Part shown: piece by piece, positions 1-11,665 of the stretch
How the letters are laid out: each line of letters begins with the position of its first letter
Position numbering within the stretch: position 1 is the stretch's first letter
Origin: Lama glama
Taxonomy: Eukaryota
DNA length: 64,000 bases
Assembly: GCA_028534125.1 (NCBI GenBank)
Contig: CM052832.1
Span: 34,596,001 to 34,660,000, forward strand
Reading direction: 5' to 3'
Made by a program: the position numbers and the translations under genes
The notes under the pieces: model-generated
Seen by the model: only the letters and a program-made list of their open reading frames with translations
Told to the model about the DNA's origin: nothing
Databases searched by the model: none

Positions 1-952
1 TGTTAGGTTAGCATCCAATAAAGTTAGGGTATAGCGTTCAGTCCTCAGCCACTGAAAACGCTTGTGTAGAGCGGACGGGTGTAGTCAGAGGGATGCGGGC
101 CTGTGGGCGTGTCCATGGCGCGAGGCTCCTAAAGAGGCAGCTTTGGCTAACGGAGCCCGCTGTCAGTACCTGGGACGTTGTTTGTAAGTACTGGATTTTT
201 CAAGCCCCCTTTTCATTTATCCCTGTGACTGAAAGTAGAATCTCATTCTTAACGTTTACTGCTCACTAACTGCCATATGATCTTAGCTTGTCTGAAGTTT
301 TCTTGAACACTCAGGTGATGTTCGTGTCGACCTGAAGGTTCAGTGCAGGTGACTCAATCAAGAAGAAAAAGCTGAAAAGAAAACACGGTTGAGTTTAGCT
401 TATAGATCAGGGTAGCAAAATGTTCCACCTGATGTCCAAATACAGTCACTCTTAGTTTGAAAACATCAAAATTCAAAGCTTAAAGATGGTGCTTTTATGT
501 CAGATGAAAAGAAATACGTATTCAGTTCAGCAGACAGTAGAGCCGGGAGCTCTGTTGTCCAACCCAGAGCGGCACACCCAGGGCGAAGTGTTTGTTTTCA
601 TCTAAGGAGACTCCAATCCAGGGCGCTTCTGGGTCTGTAATTTCCTCTCTAGAAATCATGTTTCTTCTTGTGAAAAGGTCAAGAGAAGAGGAAATTTTAA
701 AGCAGTTCTAGTTTGTCGCCATCGGTGGCACCTCTCAGTTTGCCAGTGCAGTTTGAGAGAGGAGTTTGTCACGGGTCAGTGACCACAGCTGGAGTGTGAG
801 CCTGTGTTTCCTTCCACACCGGAGTCTGATCCTGCAGGAACACGGCTTAGAAGAGCTGAGTTATGTTGCCTTGTGATTCCTTTGTTTTTAACAAACTCCG
901 TCGAGGGAAGTTCCAGTAACGTGTTGTCCCTTCCTCTTTGAACCCCCGCCAG

Positions 953-1075
953 GTGTTCGCGGTCTCCAAGGAGCTGGTGCCCCGGGTGCTGTGCAGGGTG
1001 GTGGAGGCCGTCTCCGAGGAGCTGAGCCGGCTCGTGCAGTGTGCCTCGTCCTTCAGCCGGAACGGAGCCCTACAG
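953..1075 (+). CDS. EXOC2: Exocyst complex component 2 (Sec5), fourth-from-last coding exon
   Basis: cag| acceptor at 951-952 and |gt at 1076; 123 nt encoding [41 protein letters not shown], recognisable as the EXOC2 C-terminal region; upstream exons lie outside the window. Confidence 0.96.
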
Positions 1076-1654
1076 GTGCCCCCGCCTCAGCTCCGGCTTG
1101 AGCTCGTTGTGTGAAACACCGATTCGGGCTTCCTTCCCCAGTCGTGGGACGCGTTCGGGCTTTGTGTTTTCGGGTGGGTCTGCTGGGTGCAGATGAGCCG
1201 CGTCTCCTGCGCGAGCGTCCCCGTGGTATCCCCGCCCCAGGGCTTCGGTCCCGTTAGAGCAGAGCGAGAACTTTGTGATGCTCATCAGCTATCTGACTGC
1301 GGATTCCTTCCAGAGCTCTGTGATTTTCTGTTTGTTCTGCAGTTGTCTTCGCTGCGCTCAGTTTAACAGGACATTTTTAGCCCCTAACTTGTAAGTGGTC
1401 TTTCCAGAGCATTCGGTGTCGTTCGCAGAGGAACAACCAGTACCTGTCTCTTTCTGCTCATATTCCGTTGGTTTACGTTGCATTTGTTTAAATTGTGTAA
1501 TTACAACAACAAATGTAACTTACGTAAACCAGATGATTCTTGGTTTGTGTGTGACAGATTGGCGGGAGCCACGGTGTGTGCTGGGGTGGGGTGTGTCCCT
1601 GAGGTGGAAAGACTGCACAGCTCAGAGACCGTCCTCCTGCCCCGCTCAGAGTCC

Positions 1655-2690
1655 TGCAGTCCATCACCTCAGCATCGCCCCATGGAGAAACCCTGGACCC
1701 GCCGGCGGTCTCACTGTCCACTTCCCTCCCAGCCCCCCAGCCACAGCCGGACACCTGTCTGTGCTTTGCCTGTTCTAAACATGTCGTAAAAGTGGAATCA
1801 CATACAGGGGCTTTTGTGGCTGGCATCTGTCACTGCGCGTGTTTGCGGCGTCCAGCCACGTTGTAGCAGCTGTTGCTCCTTTCTGGGGCTGTGTGACATT
1901 CCGTTGGGTAGACGTACCACGCAGCCTTTGATGGACATTTAGGTTTGCACTTTTTGGCTCAAGTGAAGATTGCTTCTGTGGACTCTTGTTCCGGGTGTTC
2001 GTTTCTCGGGTGTGTACCTGGGACGGGGCTGGCGTGGTTACGCGGTTGCTCCGTGTTCAGCCTTTGGATGAACCTCCAGACCGTTTCACAGCAGCCGCTC
2101 CACTTTCCTGCAGCAGGTTCTGCAGACCCGTTGCTCCGCGTCCTCGCAGCACGGGTGGCCAGCCCAGTGCGCGTGCAGCGGTAGCTCGCCCTGTGCAGTC
2201 ATCTTGCTTTTGTGAGGGCGTCCTTTGCAGCACAGGAGGTTCAGGTTACCTGCTTTTTCTTTTGCTGTTTGTCCCTCTGTTGTCACTTCCAAGGAGGCAG
2301 GCCGAGCCTAACGTCACAGACGTGTCCTCCTGCTTCCTTCTGAGTGTGTTGTAGTTTTCTCACCTGCATCTGGGTCTGCGATCCATTTGGAGCTGGTTTT
2401 CGTCTTCAGGGAGGGACCGACTGCAGTCACTTCCCGGTGCCCAGCACCCTGGGTCAAAGGGATGTGCGCCCCACCGAGCGGCCGGGCCCTTGTAGAACGT
2501 CGGCCGGTGATAGCCGTGGGCTTGGTTTCTGCACAGTCAGCCCTGCTCTGCCAGCCTGTGTGTCTCCCGTGGGCCGGGGCCCGCGGTTCTGATGACTGCA
2601 GCTCCGTAGTGGGTGTTGGCATCAGCGGGCATGAGTCTCTCTGAGTGTGCTATTCCTCTTCCATGTTGTTTTGTCTCTTTGGAGTTAACT
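1655..2690 (-). mobile_element. Old L1 (L1MB-like) 3' end/ORF2 tail remnant, antisense
   Basis: Typical antisense L1 3' phrases (aagtggaatcacatacag, gatggacatttaggtttg, atccatttggagctggtttt), heavily GC-substituted; edges approximate. Confidence 0.75.
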
Positions 2691-3095
2691 TACCAAGTTT
2701 TGTTTTTAAAAAGAAAAGATAAAAGGGGAAAGCCAGCTGTGGTCTAACAGGCATCACAGTGCGTCCGCAGAGCCCGGGACCTGGGGTTGTCGTCGGGGTG
2801 CCTGGGGGGGCTTGGGTGTGAGGAACCCCTTCCCCGAGTCACGACCTTAGACTCCGCTTCCTCTGCGAGCCGCCGCGGTGTTTGCAGGTGCCTTTGCGGC
2901 GGGCTGCTGGGCAGCCGTGCTCAGCCTGGGCCTTCAGCGCAGGACCCCTGGCCCCTGCCTCACATGGTCCCGTGTGCCTGGAGGGCCGTTTCCAGTGAAA
3001 GGAAAGTTGTCCTGGCTGAGTGCTCTGGGCTGTTTAGGGGGTCTTCTCATAATCAGCGATCGCTGTGGCAGAGGGGTGTCTTTGTGGCTGCGGTG

Positions 3096-3145
3096 CCCCG
3101 CCAGCCCCGTCCCCGCCAGCCCCAACCCGCCAGCCCCGTCCCCGC
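3096..3145 (+). repeat. Short tandem repeat, ~3.4 copies of CCCCGCCAGCCCCGT
   Basis: Units start at 3096, 3111, 3126 and 3140. Confidence 0.85.
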
Positions 3146-3225
3146 AAGTGACAGTTCCCGCTCCTTCCCTTCTGTTTGATGATCTGCACGGCTCCCGTGG
3201 TCACCTGCCCTTCTCTCACCTGCAG

Positions 3226-3287
3226 GCAAGGCTTGAAATCTGCGCTCTGAGGGACACTGTGGCTGCTCACCTGACACCTGAAAGCCG
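3226..3287 (+). CDS. EXOC2: EXOC2 third-from-last coding exon
   Basis: ctgcag| acceptor, |gtgagg donor; 62 nt encoding ARLEICALRDTVAAHLTPES(R); frame continues from the previous exon. Confidence 0.96.
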
Positions 3288-4109
3288 GTGAGGGGCTGAC
3301 TGCTCTTGCTCTAAACGCTCCTTGGAGGTAACGCTGTTGGTGGAGATGGCTGAGCAGGGCGAACACATGACCTTGTGATGCGGCAGGGCTTACATGTGAC
3401 CAAGGATTTTGTTAAAAAGCGTGGCCTGCAGCAAGCCGCAGACTCCTGAGCTGCTGCTCTGCAGCTCAGTGTGAAGGCAAAACGGGTTTCATGTAATTGT
3501 TGCTCATTCACCAGGTAAGTCGTAGTCGCATGAATGGTGTAGCAGAGGGTCACATCCTCGTGCTAAAACGGAGAAAATAAGAACTGAGTCAGTCTTCACA
3601 GCAGCCTCGGAGGGCAGTCCAGGCACTGTAAGTGTCAGCGCGAGAGGAAGCCCTGTGGTTTCTGTGCAAAGTCTTGTAGTGGAAATTTGATGATAATTTT
3701 TAGCTGTTTTGAATGAAAGTCAGGATTTCCTATCACTGAAACATCAGTAGGTGAACTGAAACAGCTAACTGCTTGCCCATAGAAAATTGTTTACTCCGTT
3801 GGCAGCATTACCTGGGAAGCAGGGCTGTGTTGCTAACGTGCCAGGTCGCGCACAAGCCGAGCGTCTGGGACACTGGGTGCGATGTTCGCGCTCATTCGCG
3901 TCCAGCTTCCGGTACCGACGGTGCTGATCCCGACTGTCGGCGCCACAGCGAAGAGACTTCTGCCCCTTTTCCCACCACGTGAGGGCGGGCCGGAAGCCCC
4001 CTCTGCCTTCCCAACCACGCTGTTCTGCCCCGAGTCCCGAGTAGCGGAGGCTGGGGGCCCCACCCGCGGTCCGTGGGCACCTCGCTCTGTGGTTCGTTCC
4101 CACCAACCG

Positions 4110-4200
4110 GGCCTCTCGTAGCCTGACTTCCTCATCTGTGGAAGGAGGATAATAACACTTTGTAGACAAAGTTTGGGCAAATTAAAGGAGACAGTGTGTC
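4110..4200 (+). mobile_element. MIR fragment
   Basis: cctgacttcctcatctgtggaaggaggataataaca resembles the MIR core. Confidence 0.6.
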
Positions 4201-5051
4201 GAGACCTCACCACTTCACCACTGTTGGGTGTAAAAAATAAAGATAACGGCCTGCTCTTCTTTCTTGCTGACTGAGGAGAGGTTTCCGAGAAACAGAATGA
4301 TGTCAGGTGGAGGCAGAGGCGCGTCTCCACGTCAGGAGCGGGGAGAGTCCATCCCCCCCGGGAGGGGAGCTGAGCAGTTCAAGTTGCTACCAAATAATGT
4401 CCCTAAAATGCTTTTCGTTTGGTTCCGTAACTTTTCTGGTACTTCGTACTTTACAAAGTTGAATGTACCAAATTGGCAGTTTTTTAAATTCACTTCTTTT
4501 TCTATTTCTCATGAAATGAAATGATGTTGGACTTTCAAAGTACGTATATACCTGCATCTCTCCGTGATCCCACAGACTTTAGACATGGAGACAGCTAAGC
4601 AGAGGCGTGTCCGGTTACTCTGCGGCGCTGGCTGTACGTAGCTCAGGCCCCGCAACGTGTCTGCACTGGAGAAGCCCCGCTGGGCTCAGATTGCGCAGGA
4701 TCAGCCCTGTCTCCGCTTAGTTCCCTCCCTGCTTGCCAGGTGCTTTTCTACACAGTGCCGGTTTCTGTGAAGTAAAGACCCCTTTAAAATTTAGCACGTC
4801 CACGCTAAACTCATCCTCCATGAGCAGTACCTTGTGTAAAAATCGGTTTCTCGCTCGCTTTTCAAGTTGAGTGTTACCTCCTGGTTGAGTTTCTGGCCTG
4901 CTCCTGCAGACCCGCACTTTCACTTTCACTCTCCCTCCTGCTTCTGCTGCCGCGGCCCGTGTGCTTCTCTGCGCTCGGACAGGCTTCCCGCTGACGCTCC
5001 CGCCCCCGGGCTGGGCTCTCAGGCTCAAGGCGCTGTGTCTCTGTGTTGCAG

Positions 5052-5111
5052 GTCCAGTTTCAAGCAGGCTCTGGAAGCCCTGCCGCAGCTCTCGAGTGGA
5101 GCAGATGCAAA
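5052..5111 (+). CDS. EXOC2: EXOC2 penultimate coding exon
   Basis: ttgcag| acceptor, |gtaagt donor; 60 nt encoding (R)SSFKQALEALPQLSSGADA(K); phase 2 at both ends fits the neighbours. Confidence 0.96.
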
Positions 5112-5415
5112 GTAAGTTCCGGGCTGTCCTCGAGAGCTCAGACGGCCACACAAGGTCTGTTTCCTAAACGTGCTGTTGCAGCCGTGGCTCTGTCTGGGAG
5201 CAGCGGTGCTGGGCACCATCAAGTCTGCACTGTGGCTAAATGTGGCCAGACCTTCTGGGTTTGTGACAGTCTAGAAGTCAGTTCTTTGCTTGCTTTAAGC
5301 GACCGGCACAGAAAATTTGGGAAGGAAGTTTATCTTGACTCACTCACTAAACCGTCATTATCCTAGATTTCAAGAAGAAGGCGCTTAGAGAAGTACCAGA
5401 GAGGACGGGGAGTGC

Positions 5416-5456
5416 GGGGCCCGGGGCCCGGGGCCCGGGGCCCGGGGCCCGGGGCC
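5416..5456 (+). repeat. (GGGGCCC)5 GGGGCC heptamer repeat
   Basis: Read directly; lies in the last EXOC2 intron. Confidence 0.95.
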
Positions 5457-6221
5457 AGCAGTGTGCACCCCGCCCGCCCGGGGAGAGGGCGGAGGGTGTC
5501 CGTGCGGCGCGTCTCAGCCCCACCTGAAGCTCTGCTGCTTGCGCAGCAGGAAGCTCTGAGCTGAGACAGAACGAGGCCAGGCACATGTCGCAGAGTCCCA
5601 GCCACCTTCCCTTGAGGCGGTGTTCACGTGACGGAGGCAGGACGGGGCTGTGCTGGACTGCAGGGGGTGCACTGTGGAACCAGGAGGTCGTCTCTTGACC
5701 CCAGACCAGTACCTCTGGCCCGAAAACCACACAGAAATGTCGGCCCAGCTAAGGAAACAAGTTGAGCTGTCACCAGAGTGAGAACAGACCCTTCAGCTCA
5801 GCCCCGCCCAATATTTAAGGGCAGGAATGCAGAGTAAGGGGACCGGAGAACAGGCCAGAAGCTGTGGGGCGGGGGTGGTGGTGAAGGTGGCCCAGGGCCA
5901 CACTGGCGGGATCGGGGGCTTGGAGCACGGTGTGGGCTGTGTGCTCAGAAGCAGCATGGAGGGTGGGTTTCAGGGTCTGTGGACTGAAGGTTCAGGTGCA
6001 AACACCTGGGCAGCTGCCTGTTCTGGGGAGGGATCTAGCTCATCTGGGGAAGGGGCGGGAGGGCAACTGCGTGTATGAACATAAACGTGTGTAAAAGCGT
6101 GTGCTCCCTCTGACTTGTTGCTGTCATTGAGCCCAGAATCCACTTGTAAATGGCCTTTCCGCGGGAGAGGCCCCCCAGGCGGCCGGGTGTGGTTCTGAGC
6201 GGGTCTTGTCCCCCCCTGCAG

Positions 6222-6315
6222 GCTGCTGGAGGAGCTGCTGGGCCGGGTCCGGAGCGGCATGCACCTGCAGCTGGCCTGCTTCCAGGCCGCCCCACCGCCC
6301 AGCGCGAGGACCTAG
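6222..6315 (+). CDS. EXOC2: EXOC2 last coding exon with stop codon
   Basis: cccctgcag| acceptor; (K)LLEELLGRVRSGMHLQLACFQAAPPPSART then TAG at 6313-6315; matches the EXOC2 C-terminal LLEELL...MHLQLxCFQAA motif. Confidence 0.95.
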
Positions 6316-7472
6316 TGCCCTGCCGGAGGCTCCCTGGGCCCAGAGGTAGTTCTGGAAAGCTTGGCTGGGGGTGCGGTCTCTCCCTCTTTCTTTCCCTGGA
6401 ATTGGTAGCCTAGACGTCGGTGTATGTTTTATTTCAACCAAGACGCCCGAGCAGTATTTGTCTTGGCATTTGTTACTACTTTAGGTCTGTGTGACTTTAA
6501 AATACCTTTCTAAAAGAGAGAGAGATTTTTCCTTTGCCGAGTGCTGGTGGGAGTGGCTGCGGGAGGTGCTTCCGGGACGCCCGGGACCACCCTGAAGCAT
6601 TTTCCGGGTTCTCACTGCGGCCCCAGGAGATTGAGGAGAGATCTGGAGAGTGATGTTTGAACGTCATGGGAGCTTCTGCTGTCCTGAACTGTGCGGCTGC
6701 CCTTAAAGCTTTATTTCACACAGTTGGCTCGTATTACTGTCCTAAATCAAGTAGACTTTTAGAAAAATGTGTGGCCTGCATGAAAGGTGCTGTATTTGGG
6801 GGGATTACTTGTGCCCCAGCGTCGGAGTTGATTTTGCTGCCTGGTTTTTATGTCGGCAGCGCTCGTGACGTCAGGCTGCTTCGGTGACTCACCCCGAACG
6901 CGACGTGGGCTTCTCATCGGAGGTGTCCCTGCAGAGCCCGCCCTGCCCGCGCCCTCCCTCCGGCCCCTGGCAGCCCCTTCCCCTCAGCACTTCCCGCCCC
7001 AGCGGGCAGCAGCCGCACGGGATCTGCTCTGGCCGCGGTGGAGGAGCCGCTGCGACTCGCTTTACCAGAGCGGGCCAGGCCGCCGTGACCGGTCTCAGAG
7101 GCAGCTCTGCTACCTGACCTCGTCACGCCGTTTGCTTCAGACGGCTGAGTCAGGGTCTGTGTTTCTGCAGGGTGTCCCAGAGCCCCTTCCCACACTGACG
7201 CTCACGTCTGTGTCGGGATGGAGCCCTGGGGCCAGGGTGGCCATGTGCTTGTCCGTCCGGTGCCTCAGTCACCGTTGTGCTCGTTCATTTGGTGTCTGGT
7301 GGGGAAGTCCTAGCAACTGGAAGGGAAAGTTTAATCTTCTGCAAACATCTGGATAAAGCTTACTAAGAAACGCACAGTGTTGTCTTTCCTAAGTGTGTTA
7401 ACCCCTGTATCCACCGTGCTCACCATTTTCATTAGCGAAGTAGCCTTCTGTGCATGTAGTTCTCACACTCAG

Positions 7473-7478
7473 AATAAA
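7473..7478 (+). terminator. EXOC2: Probable EXOC2 polyadenylation signal AATAAA (3' UTR ~6316-7500)
   Basis: First AATAAA I see after the stop codon, followed by a GT/T-rich tract (ggttcacttttcgtctgtctgatcattttt). Confidence 0.75.
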
Positions 7479-10400
7479 TGCTTCCATCCCGGTTCACTTT
7501 TCGTCTGTCTGATCATTTTTCGGAAAGCGTTTACCAGGCGTCCCGGCTGACCCTCCTCCCGCCAGGCCCTTTCGTGTGCTGCCCCTGCCGGGGCTGTGTC
7601 TGCAGATGTCAGACCCTGGGTGCCAGGTGAGGGAGTCAGGTCTCGGGGAGCTTGGTGGCATCTCTGCATCCAGCGAACGGGCCTCCTGCGTCCCCCCACC
7701 AGGGAGCACGGGGCACTGGAGGACGACGAAATCTCAGTAAACGGGGAGGAGGTCGGAACTTGCATGGCTCGGAGTGGGGAGTGGGCACCTCAAGCCGCAG
7801 ACCCGGAGGAGAGGGTTCAAGGAGGGCTTCTTGGAAGAGGGGATTTCAGGAGCCGCCTGAGCCGCAGGAGAAGCACCAAGTGTGCAGGTGGAGGGCCTGA
7901 GTGTGACGACGTCACTAAAAAGCCGTGAGGAAACCGGGACTTGGGGCAGATTTTGTAGAAGGCGAAGACCAGCTGAGAAGAGCTGAGGGTCCCGGAGCTG
8001 CCTTCACAGTGTCGGACCCACTGTGGGCCTGGCCCTCTGCGCTCCGGAGCAGCCTGGGCGTCGTGAGACGGTGTCAGCGCCTCGGGGGGGGCACATCTAG
8101 AAAGGATGCCGTGCAGGCAGCGCCGAGGCACCGTCCTGTCTCCACCCTGCACGGTTTCCTGCGGAAGGGGGATGGCACGGGTGGCGCTCGGTTCTGATGT
8201 GGTGCGAGACGCCGGTGTGCGCCCGTCCGCGTCACGCACCCCGAGGATCAGCTGACGGCTGTGAGTGTCGTGACGCGCGTTCTCAGCGGCTCCCACGAAT
8301 TTCGACCAGCTGTTAAATCTACGTGGGGTTTCTAAAGCAAGTAGAGCAAGCTGCGGTTTACTTAATACACGCTTAAAATGACTGTCGTCAGCGTCTCCGT
8401 AGCCGTGCTACGTAAAGGCTTCCGTGTGGACTTGTAAGCCGGGTCGTGTGCTTGCTGTGTGCACGCCGAGCAGCGGCCTTCGCGTCAGCTTGGCTTCGCG
8501 CGCGGCGTGCACGCTCTTCCTACTAGAGTCGTCGTGCGTTTGCGCTGTCCCCTCGTTTTCTGTTCATCCACACTTTTAATCCACTTCCCCGTGTGTGTCG
8601 CTGGACAGTCTGTCTGTGCCTGCCCAGGTTATAAATTCATAACAACAAGCGCTCTACGAGCAGAGCTGGGCCTGCGGCGTCCTGTTGGTGGTGCGGGCAG
8701 TGAGCCAGCAGCGCCCCTCCACCAGGCCGGCCGGGCCCTGGCCCGCGGCCTCTCTGCACCGGACGCCTGGCCTCCAGGCTCGAGGAGCCCTGGCCGCTGC
8801 TGAGACCGTCGTGGTGGTTACAGTATTTCTGCCACGTTTCCCTTGAGTGTTCCTGCCCGCCTGTCCCCACACCTTCAGCCTGAGGACCCAGTGGGGCCAG
8901 GTCACAGGAGTCAGCAGCAGGAGGCCGACTGTGGGCCTGGGAGGTGCAGGTGTGTCCGGGGTGGCCTCCAGGAGGTGGAGGCCTGGCTGTGAGGAGCCCG
9001 TGAGTGGCCCGAGGGCGGTGAGGGCAGAACCAGAGAGGCTGGGGGCCTGGGCCGGCCCTGCCAGCTGCACTCTGTCTGCGGGCCACCGCTTCCCTGAAGA
9101 CCAGGGCTCCAGCCTTGCAGGACGTGCGGCTCTGAAGGGTCAGCCTGGCAGACTCCGCTGCCCAGTGGCTCCCCTGTCCATGTGCCCTTGCCCACCTCCC
9201 CCCCAGAGTCCCCTTTCCCTGGGCCTGCAGACTCGGGGACGTCCCCACCCCCCACGGCTGGGACCCTCCCCACGGCCCTCCTGTGTTTCCTCCATGAGTC
9301 CCTCTGACCCCCGGCCCCTCCACCCCAGCCCTGCGGACTCCCTCCAGCCAGTTCCGTGGTTCCTCTTGCGCCTGGCCAGCCTCACACCTGCCCCCGGGAG
9401 CTCCCTCTGCCTCACCTCCCCCAGCCCAGCTGCGCTGCCTTCCCTCGTGGTCTGGCACCTCCGGAAGGGAGTGTCCAGGAGGTGAGTTTCTGAGGCCTGA
9501 CTCGACGGTGGTCTGTGTGACCACTTGGCTGGACAGGAGTTCTACGTTGGGGTCGCTCTTCCTCGAATCTCAGGCCTGGCGTAGAGGGGTCTGTCTCCGC
9601 TTCCCTGTCTGTCGGGAGGACCTCCTCCTTTTCTGTGTTCGGAAGTTCACCGTCTTGTTCCGGGTGTGACACCTTTTTGTTCCCAGCGCTCAGTCTCATG
9701 TCTTTTGATTCCAGGGGTTTTTCTTGAATTACTTGTTTGAATCCCCTCTGCCCCTGGTGGGTTGTTCTTGTTTGTTTGTTTTTTCCCTCTGTTTTCAGTA
9801 TTTGGATTCCTATCCTGGTCCTTTTTTAAATTTTAAAAATCTCCTTTCCTCTTGTTCTCCTCGTCTTTGTCCTGTTTTCTGGGAAACGTCCTCATGTTGT
9901 GCTGCTCTGTCGGGTTCTCCGTTCTGCTGTGTTGCTTTTAACATACAGGAAGCTCTTGTTCTTCAGATGTTCTTTTCATAGAGTCCTGCTCATTTCTCAT
10001 TTCTCTGGGAACAATAATACCCTCCTGGAAGCTGTTTTCCTTTCTTTTTTTACGGTCTCCAGTTGCTTTATTCTTCTGTCTCATGTGTCACAATAAATGT
10101 CACAAGCCCTCTTCAGATTTCTAGCAAGCTTTGGGCATCTCTCCCTGTCTCCACAGAGCACCAGAAGCCCGAGTTGGACGGGGCGCTCCCTGCAGTGGGT
10201 CGGGGAGTCGGCTGCTAGCGTGCTTAGGCCACTTTTCTGGGGCTGATCAGATTTGCCAGGCAGGGCTCTTCTGAGCCCAGGGCACGTGGCCAGGGCGGCA
10301 CCCTGCTCTCAGCTGGGCCTGGTGTCGTGGGCGCCTGCGTTGCGCCTTCCGCCGCTCGGCTGTGGGGGTGCAGAGCCCCAGGGACGTCTGCCCTGTATAA

Positions 10401-11154
10401 GCCGGCCACCTTTATCCCCATTCCAGGAGCCCCCAGACGGCAGCTTCTTGAGCCCTTGGGGGTTTGCAGTGTGAACCAGGCTGCATCTTTGTTCCTCCGC
10501 GCTGACGACCTGGGATGTGTTTCCACTCGCCCGCGCACGTGGCAGCTTTCAGGCTCTTGTGGCTACTGCTCCCTCCCCTCCTCCGTTTTACTTTGAATCT
10601 GTCTACACACTTAACTGTGTTATTGACTGTCCGTGTACGACCGTATGTTACTGTTACGTGCAGTGAGTGACTGTATCTGCACGTCTCCAGTGTACGTCCT
10701 GGTAGACGCAGACACGCACGCGGAACCGCTCCGTCATATTTGCAGGGTTTGGTTAGAGCGAAGGTTAACGTGTGGTTTCAATCTGTCGTCTGTAGCTGAA
10801 AGTTCAGGCTGTTCGTTTGTTTGCTTTGCTTGCTCGTCACAGCAGACTGCTTGCACGTGCGGTCTTCAGACCTGCTGCTCGTTGGATGTGATCATTCACT
10901 GCAGCCTTTAAGACCTGAAGGAAGCGTTAGAGGAGGGAGGCCGCGGGCTCCCGCTTCGATGGCCTGCTCCCCCCGCCGGGTGACAGAGGCACCAGTGCAG
11001 AAACCGTCTTTTACTCCCCAGTCAGAACAAAGCCCCGCAGCACAACAGTGACGCCGTCTTGCCGAAAAGCCAGCGTGGAACGTCCGCGCCTGCGCCCTTA
11101 ACCATCTGCGGGGGGTACAGAGAACGCACGAGCGGACAGTCGGCAGGGTCGGCG

Positions 11155-11665
11155 CAGGCAGGCGTCGGGCGCGCCGCGGGTTCGGGTCCGACACTGCGGC
11201 AAGCGGGGCAGCGGCACAAGGCAGGCACGCGAGCGTCTGGTCTCACGGTGTCTGTGAGAGCTGCGCTGACACCGCGCTGTGAGTGCCGTGGCGTTGTGCC
11301 TGAAACGCGCTGAGCGTCATCTGAGCCTTCACGGGGAGCTGTCACCTATTTGCTGGTGGAGGGTCCGGCCTCGGTGTCGACAGCTGCTGACTGATCGGGG
11401 GGTTGCTGAAGTTGAGGGGGAGCTGTGGCAGTTTCCCAGAGTAAGGCGCCGTGCCTTCTGCGTCCGGTCGACTCTCTCGGTTTCTCTAGAGACTCGCTGC
11501 CGTTGGCAGCATTCGACCCACAGCAGAACCTCTTCCAAAACCGGAGTCACTTCTTCCAACCCTGCCCCTGTCTTGGCGACTGAGTTTGTGATGTATCCTG
11601 AGTTCCTCATCACGAGTGACGTGAGGCGCTGCCCTCGACACTGTGGGCCGTTCACCAGGGGAGAC
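11155..11665 (-). mobile_element. Tigger1 (TcMar-Tigger) DNA transposon 3' fragment with terminal inverted repeat
   Basis: Starts at a CAGGCA TIR; contains tcatctgagccttca, tgctggtggagggtc, gctgctgactgatc and cccacagcagaacctcttccaaaaccggagtca; the minus-strand ORF fragment GYITNSVAKTGAGLEE resembles the transposase C-terminus. Confidence 0.85.

Noticed and set aside
8637-9524. 295-aa and 212-aa overlapping ORFs beyond the EXOC2 polyA
   Set aside because: G/P/A/R/S-rich, present on both strands, no domain evidence.
11329-11655. 108-aa ORF with transposase-like words (possible domesticated TIGD gene)
   Set aside because: It mixes different Tigger1 frames through indels and covers only the C-terminal tail; a decayed fossil.
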